Source: the human T2T-CHM13v2.0 reference genome, Homo sapiens. From it: a stretch of DNA of 64,000 nt. The position numbers and the translations under genes were made by a program. The notes beneath the pieces were generated by a model. That model was not told where the DNA came from. It saw only the letters and a list, made by a program, of their open reading frames with translations, and did not search any database. Of the stretch, positions 56,862-64,000 are shown in pieces (position 1 is the first letter of the stretch; each line of letters opens with the position of its first letter). Where the stretch lies: assembly GCF_009914755.1 (NCBI RefSeq), contig NC_060933.1. One strand, 5' to 3'.

Positions 56862-57200
56862 CAGTCAGTCACACGTTGCTTAACAGCAGGGATATGTTCT
56901 GAGAAATTGTCGTTAAGTGATTTCATGGTTGTGCAAACATCATAAAGTGCACTTAACACAAATCTAGATGGTATAAGCTACTACACACCTAGGCTATATG
57001 GCATAGCCTATTATTCCTGGGATACAAACCTGTACAGCACGTCGCTGCTTACCTCAGAAGCACCATAAACATGTGAGTAATTATGATGGCTATACTGTCA
57101 CTCGATGACAGGAATTTTTCAGCTCCATCATAATCTTGTGAGACCACTGTCACATACGCAGTCTACAGTTGACCAAACATCATTATGTGGCACATGACTG
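56862..57200 (-). mobile_element. Tigger3 (Golem) internal-deletion derivative
   Basis: Ends cagtc...cgttgcttaac / cattatgtggcacatgactg with flanking TA; ctacacacctaggctatatggcatagcctatt; aggaatttttcagctccatcataatctt. Confidence 0.85.
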
Positions 57201-57224
57201 TACTTTTTATTTGTACATTTCTTT

Positions 57225-57415
57225 CTAGTTTCTATTGTGCTGTACTATCCATCATAGCAACTGAACTTATAACAATGCTGTGTGGTAGGTATTGCTATCC
57301 TTGATTTTATGGTCAAGACGTCAAAACATTGACTGGTGCAGAGTCACCCAGATAATTAGGCCAAAGCCATAGAAACAAAATCTGATGACTCCATGTCTAA
57401 TGCTTTTCGTGCCAC
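57225..57415 (-). mobile_element. MIR
   Basis: gtaggtattgctatccttgatttta...agagtcacccagataatta...tctgatgactcca. Confidence 0.55.
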
Positions 57416-58867
57416 GACAGAGCCATCATGAACAGTGAACATGAAGGATCTCCACCAAGCTTGATGTCTGGGAACTATTCAACCCTCGGTGGAAGTTTGT
57501 TGGGTTCCCATGTTTATCTGAGTTATTTTACCAGGTTCCTGTAGGACTCACTCATCTCACTGGACTCTGCTGCCCTAACCCAAGGGGACTAGGCAGGTTT
57601 TCCCAATGCCAGATCGTTGGGCTGGGAGAAGCATTATAAACGAAATGAGTGAGCCACTACATCCCAGGGGAAATGCCGCTTGGATCTTTGAGAAGAGGCC
57701 AAGGGGGTGCCTGACAAGACCCAAAGGGAACCGTTATTATGGGCAATTCACAGGGTCCATGTTCTGGCCCTTCCCCTCACAGGCTCATAAATTCCTCCTG
57801 TCAGAGCTACAGATTTGACTGGGCCCAGAGCACTGACTCACACTAGTAATGCGCACAGAGACATTCATCAAATTAGCTGCCAAATCTGCTCGTTCGCAAT
57901 GAGGAAACTCATTGTCAAGGGGATGGGTGCTCGTGTCAGCCTGACCAGCTGTGGGCAGCCTACAGGGAGAGTCAAGTAACCAGAGGCTCTTTCGTGGGCC
58001 TCACCCTGATTAGTGGCAGAGAATTAACTGGATGATCAAAATGTTTAGTGGTCAGAGGCGGGATAACAGATGACACTTCTGTCTCATTGCAGGACAGACT
58101 TATCAGAGAGAGAGAGAAACTGAGGCCAGTCTGACCAGATGTGTCATCATAAGGCTGCTGAGATGACACTGGCACCCTCTGTGACCCTCCTTTAGCTGAG
58201 TTTGTTCCGTACCAACTCCGTTCTGACAGACACATTCTGAACTACATTTCTGAATGTCAAGTTTGGCTGTAGCCAGGACTAATTCTGGCCTGTGAGTCAT
58301 TCTGATTCTTTAAAGAGATTTTGCCCCACTCAAAACTAATACTTTCTATGTTGATTTCTGAGCCTAATTCCCAGAGTGCAATCTGATGTCCCTTATTTTC
58401 AAGTTTGTGGTGAGAGTACACTCATCACTGTCAGCCCTGTGTCAGAACAGTCTGACTCACCCATTTCACTTTTGCAAAGTAAAAAAAAACAAACTTTAAA
58501 AATTCTTATTACAAAACCAACATAAGCCCTGTATTTAAAAACTAGTAAACATATGTACACACATCCACACACAGATTTAATCTCCTTTAATCCCAATGAC
58601 TCAGTACATTCTGTCAATTCTCTTTATGTACACATTTTAATAAAATAATAATATTTTGAAAATTGCTTTTTCACTTTACATATTATGAACATCTTTGTTA
58701 ACAAATAGAATTCTAAAACATCATTTGGATGACTATCTGCTATTCCATTCTATGAATAAAATTAAAATTATTTAAGCAAGCGTCAGTGGTTGGATATTTA
58801 GGTTGTTTCCAACTTTTTGCTCTTACGGCACACTGCACTGCAGATCCTTATGGATGAATATTTTTAA

Positions 58868-59115
58868 TAAACATTTTATTTTAGAAGTATTTTAGGTTTG
58901 CAGAAAAGTTGCAGCCAGTATAGAGTTCCCATAATATAGAGTTCCCCTAATGTTAACATCTTATATTACCATGGTACATTTGTCATAACTGAAAAACCAA
59001 CATTGGTATGTTAACATTAACTATACTCCAGACTTTATTCAGATTTCATTAGCTTTTCTACCAATGTCCCTGTTCCGTTCCAGGATCCAAATAAACATAT
59101 CACATTGCATTTAGT
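58868..59115 (-). mobile_element. L1MC4-type 3' end fragment
   Basis: tttaggtttgcagaaaagttgca...atggtacatttgtcataact...gttccaggatcca...cacattgcatttag. Confidence 0.8.
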
Positions 59116-59142
59116 GTAGCTGAATTTTTACGCACACATATA

Positions 59143-59514
59143 CAAGAATTCCTTGACTTAGGCAATGGGGTTATGTCCTCATAAACCCATCATAAGTTGA
59201 AAATATCCTAAGTTGATAATGCATTTAATCCAACTAACCTACTGAACATCATAACTTAGCCTGGCCTATTTTAAACATGCTCAGAACACTTACATTAGCC
59301 TACAGCTGGGCAAAATTATCTAACACAAAACTTATTTTATTAGAAAGTGTCGAATAGCTTATGTAACTTCTTGAATACTATACTGAAAGTGAAAAACAGG
59401 ATGATGGTGTAGGTACTGAAAGTATGGTTACTACTATACCATGCATATTGCTTCTGCACCATAGTCAAGTCCAAGGCTCTTAAGCAGAACCATCATTAAG
59501 TTGGGGACCATCTG
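59143..59514 (+). mobile_element. MER47A (Tigger-family MITE)
   Basis: ccttgacttaggcaatggggttatgtcc...ctcagaacacttacattagcctacag...aagttggggaccatctg with TA on both sides. Confidence 0.9.
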
Positions 59515-60194
59515 TATTACTTCCATTTATTCCTGGACATGAAAGAATAAACTCCTGGAAGTGCTGGACCAAAAGACACAGAAGTTTTGAAATTTTTTGA
59601 TACACGTAACTGAATTGCCCACCAGAAGTGTTATACCAACGCACATTCCTCCCATTAATGCATTAGAATGTCCATATACATGCTGACAATGCTGTTTCTT
59701 GTAACCACTTTGAACCCTATTATGATGGTGTCACAGCAAAGTCAAATTATAGAAAGAATAAGCTGATTAATGTTGAGGGCCCTATCTCTGTTTATCTGGC
59801 TGGGTGCAGGGAGGTTTTAGCATATGTGCAGATTGGTGAGCTATATGTCCTTCAAGCAATCCTCTAATGTCTTATGTGATGACTAGCTAAGCCTTGAATA
59901 GATATCAAGAAGTAGTGAGCCTAACGGTCAATGCATGGCCAGAGAAGTGTACCTGGGAGCTCTTTCATGTTGCCAAGATTACAGTCGTCTTCAGTACAGC
60001 TCCATAGACACGTGTGCTGGAAGGAATCAATGTGCTGTACTACATCAGCTTTCAAGTTTTTTTTTTTTTCTACCATGACTCCCTGCTCAAAAGCACATTT
60101 TAAGTCCCTAGAAAAAATTATTTACTATGAGCAATGCTGTCTGAAATTTTCCATTCTATTCGATTTCAATGCGTAATCTTACAAGCACTGAACT

Positions 60195-60508
60195 TGTGCT
60201 GTCTGCTATAGACCCGCAGCCACATGGCTAGCGAACACTGAAATGTGGCTAGTCTGAATTGAGGTTTGCCAAAAGTGGAAAATACACACCAGATTTCTCG
60301 AATTTAATTCAACAAAGTGAATGTGCAACATCTCATTAACAATTTTATATTAATTACATGCTGCAGTGATAATATTTTGTGTATATTAGATTAAATAAAA
60401 TATATTATTAAAATTAACTTCAACTGTTTTTATTAATGTGGCTACCAAAAAATTCTAAATTACATATGTATGTGACTCACATTACATTTCTGCCAGATGA
60501 TAGTGCAC
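60195..60508 (-). mobile_element. MER33 (hAT-Charlie)
   Basis: gaaatgtggctagtctgaattgag...aaataaaatatattattaaaattaa...ttaatgtggctac. Confidence 0.85.
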
Positions 60509-62645
60509 TAAACTAACTTTATGATACGTCCCAAGCCGCAGTTTAAGAAACACTGCTCTAGTGGGCTCTGGGTTCCCTACCAGGAGTCATGGCCAAAGGC
60601 CAGTTGCTATTTGGTCATTTGTCCCCACATCTCTCCTGCCACCCACCTTTCTGGGAGCCACACACCTGAGATTAGGCCAGGATTCTACTTGAAAAAATGG
60701 CTTAATCTGCTTTAATATCCAGAAGAATGGAAGGCCTGTGTTCAAAGTTCTACTCCATAGATCGTAGCTAAAATAGTTTGGAATTCACTACACATTTCTG
60801 AAAAATTCAGACTTGTCATCAATATATTTTGAAGGCTAAAATAGCTCCTTCGAAACAAATTGATACCTAAAAAATGAATGTTTCAGTGACAGAGACTTCC
60901 TCAAGTGGCCACTGTTAAGCTGTTTTGTTCTTATTGTTTACAACTCCATACTATTTTGCATTTTATAGTCCGAGATATTACACAAATAATTGGTAGATGC
61001 AGAAATAGCTCACTAACTGACTACTGGGAAAATATATAATCTTTTGGATATGTTGACTTTAAGACCTAAAGCAGAATCTTGTTTATTTCTAATTTTTAAC
61101 TACATATATTTAATGTCTAGTAAATTTGCATACTTTCATAAATTCTATTTTAATAACACTCTAACATATAGTTGAAAGTACAGTGGAGAATACACCTTAT
61201 ACAAAAATTGTAGCTTCAGTAACATGTGTTATGACATTGTTTTTATAACATCTTTATAAACTAGAAAGGGCCAAATGTTAAATATTGCACAGAGACATTG
61301 AAATGGCATGTATATTATTTATTCAATTATTCTCTCTGAGATACAGGTTCATTCTAGTTTAAAGTCCACTTCTTTGTCTGAAATAAGAAGAAACTAATGA
61401 TGCAGAATATACTTGGATCTTATCATCATAAGCCCCTCTGCTCTCCAATAAACACTGCCAAATGTTTTCAAGTGACTAATGGATGAGCATAAACATATCA
61501 ACCTTAATAATAAGCTTACTTCCCATGCTATCTTCTAGATATTTTATGCTATTGACTAATTGTTGCCTTTTTTATTATTAAAGCTTTGCTTAATTAGCTA
61601 GGTAATACAGGCTCATGTAACTAAAACAATCTAGAGATGTGGAGTGTAATGACCAAGCATCACACATGCAAAAATACAGTAATGACCACTTTGCAGCAGA
61701 TACAGTCAAATCTCTCCTGAATTACAAGGTCTTGGAGGGATTGAGCACCATTTGCTTTTTAAAATAAAAAATAAAACTAAATTATTTTCCTTTATACACA
61801 TAATGTAACTAACTCTCTTGTTCATTTTTACTAAATTTTATTATTTGTCATTCCTACATGTATACATTCCCCTAGACAGTAAACTCCAAAGAAGCTTTTC
61901 TGTCTCTCCTCCTCAGCCCAGCACCCGATATTCAGTCAGTATTGCCTGGATACAGTCTCTGAGTCTCTGAAAGGAACACCTGTGCTTTGTATCTTCCCCT
62001 TCCTGGCTTCTGCTTCCATTACAGGTGTCCTTGGGGGCTGGCTAGGACCACACAGGGCTCTACGGCATCCCTAATATCATGCAATCAGGGTGTGACCCTA
62101 ACATCTGCCTCAATTTTCAGTCAGCAAATGAAGTGATTTCTACGCAATGGGCCCTGTTCTGTGAATGAAGGAGAAATCGGGTGAATCAGGGCTTGTTCTC
62201 TGCCTTCAAGGGACTCACAGGTACTTCAGGAAAATGAGGAAGGTGGTGAGCACAGACCCTGTGCTCTGAGGTGAGAAGTAACAGTGCCAGGAGACAGATA
62301 GATGGTAGGTGTGGGCGCAGAGCTGGAAGAACTGGGCCTAGAAAGAGTGGAAGAATACTCATGGAAAAGGCAGTAAACAGAACCCAGGAATGAGGAAGGA
62401 GGCAGGAGATATAGATGGGCTTCAGAAGACACTAGGCTGAGTTCTCCTGCCTTTAACCTCAACCTTCAGGCCTATGAGGACAAATGGACCATAAACAAGA
62501 CCAATCCCCATATAAAGGTAGCCTGGAAGACAGATGGATGAAAGGGGTGTGACTTCCCTGTAGGAGAAGTGTGGCCCAGGTTTGGCTCAAGTTTAGCAGG
62601 CCTTCCTTGGCCCTTGTGGGGGAGAAAGGGAGTAGAAGAAGTACC

Positions 62646-62732
62646 GTGAGGAGTTAATGAAGGTGGGGGCATATGGAGGCATACTGTGAGCACTGTGAGG
62701 AGTTAATGAAGGTGGGGGCATATGGAGGCATA
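62646..62732. repeat. Perfect 38-bp direct duplication with an 11-bp spacer
   Basis: gtgaggagttaatgaaggtgggggcatatggaggcata at 62646-62683 and 62695-62732. Confidence 0.95.
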
Positions 62733-64000
62733 TTCATGGAAGAGAAGCCATCCCATGGGTTCAGATCGTGACAGAGGGGCTTCCTTGTGTACTCAGAAAT
62801 GGGCAAAAGGGAGACCTGTGGAGAAACCCTGATGCTGGAGAACTATCAATCTGCAAAATAATACAGGTGGGAGTGAGGATTATGGTGGTGGTTGGGGGAG
62901 GGGTCTTGGAGCAGAGAGTGTATAGTGCATTGAAGCTGCAGAAAGACACCAAGACCCCTTCTCCCTACCCACAGGCACAGAGTCAAACCATGCTTCAAGG
63001 CTCTTGTGCACTGAAGAGGGAGCTGTGAGGCCTCAGGCCACTGCAGGAAGGGATGAGATGGGGGCTCGCAGCCAGGCCTCTGCTCTCTTTGTGGTCCCTG
63101 AAGTCAGGTGGCCACAGTAGGTGACCCTGACCTCATTGATGAGTCAGCCAACCCTTTCAGGTCACCACATACCTGTGAATGACCCTTCCTGTCTGTCTGG
63201 GCTGTGATTTGCCTTCACTGAAGAGAGATAGAGAGAAACCGAAGAGGACAGCAAAGGCAGGTCTTTATGCTTCAGAATTTTTGTGTTGCCTACACTGGAA
63301 TAGTTGCTCAAGTACAACAAGAAGAAAAGCCAGCAGCAAAATCCAAAGGCCCTTCAAGAAACAGGGCTTGGGAAGATTCTTGGAATTTTGAGTGTCCTGA
63401 GCCAAAATGCACAGGAAGAACCTATGTGTCCACAGGTAGGAGAAAAAAAGAAAGTAAAAGCTCATATGTTTTTGGCTTCCGTGTGCTATCATTAATCATT
63501 TTCTCAGGAACAGAGGATGGTTTCCTTGCCATAAGAGGAAAAGAGAAACAGATCCCTTTGACCAATGTGCTACCCAGATGTTCTCCAGGCCCCAATATTT
63601 TTCCCCCATTTGATCTGACAAAGTGAAATAGATGACAATTGAGGGGAAGTTATTCCTGAAGACTACATCACCCATCCCTTCTCAGCTACAGCAACAATCA
63701 CCTTCTGCTGGGGGAATCGGATTACCTGTTCTGAGAGATTTCAAGATGACTGCCAAGCTATCTTCTGCTGTAAGCCATGGAAAAATTTGGTGGACTAACT
63801 CTTTCCTGGATCAGCCATGAGTTAAATTACCTGGCTTATACCAGGTAATAAGAAGGAGGGAGATACATGGGTAGCCTGTTGCTACAGGCATGGCCCTGAT
63901 CTGAAATTCCTGGACACATTCCAACCTCACCTGGCTTCCCATTGCACCATATGTTCTTGAGAAGTTAACTGCCACAAGAAAGAGTTAAGGCACATACTCA

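Larger units (their letters stand above)
58480..59720 (-). mobile_element. L1ME-type 3' region hosting two nested insertions
   Basis: tattccattctatgaat...gttggatatttaggttgtttccaactttttgct...; resumes with aaactcctggaagtgctggaccaaaag...ttataccaac. Confidence 0.7.

Noticed and set aside
62646-62732. CRISPR-like repeat-spacer-repeat
   Set aside because: Only two copies with an 11-bp spacer, in primate DNA with no cas genes

Overview
Primate (human-like) euchromatic non-coding DNA, AT-rich, roughly half made of recognisable interspersed repeats: Alu/FLAM, L1 of many ages, L2, MIR, Tigger/mariner/hAT MITEs and two solo LTRs. I find no credible protein-coding gene, structural RNA gene or CpG island. 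The longer ORFs in the track are L1 ORF2 debris, Alu read-through or chance, and I cannot name the locus. Repeat family names come from my recollection of consensus sequences and should be confirmed with RepeatMasker/Dfam. The strongest signal is a young L1PA2-type 3' fragment that appears to have carried ~1.95 kb of foreign DNA into this site (3' transduction, 30706-33046). It has a TT/AAAA nick site, a 16-bp target-site duplication, a second AATAAA plus poly(A), and an older element that rejoins across it. Other notable items are a ~710-bp AT-rich quasi-palindrome with inverted hairpin arms (33982-34695), a twin-primed 5'-inverted L1 (25266-27253), a multiply nested L1 stack (4740-7190), a MER41-type solo LTR with a near-perfect CTCF motif, and a ~50-bp motif-rich direct repeat bracketing a homeobox-motif cluster (52911-54515). 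These are unusual instances of known mechanisms; I do not see evidence for a new multi-gene system.
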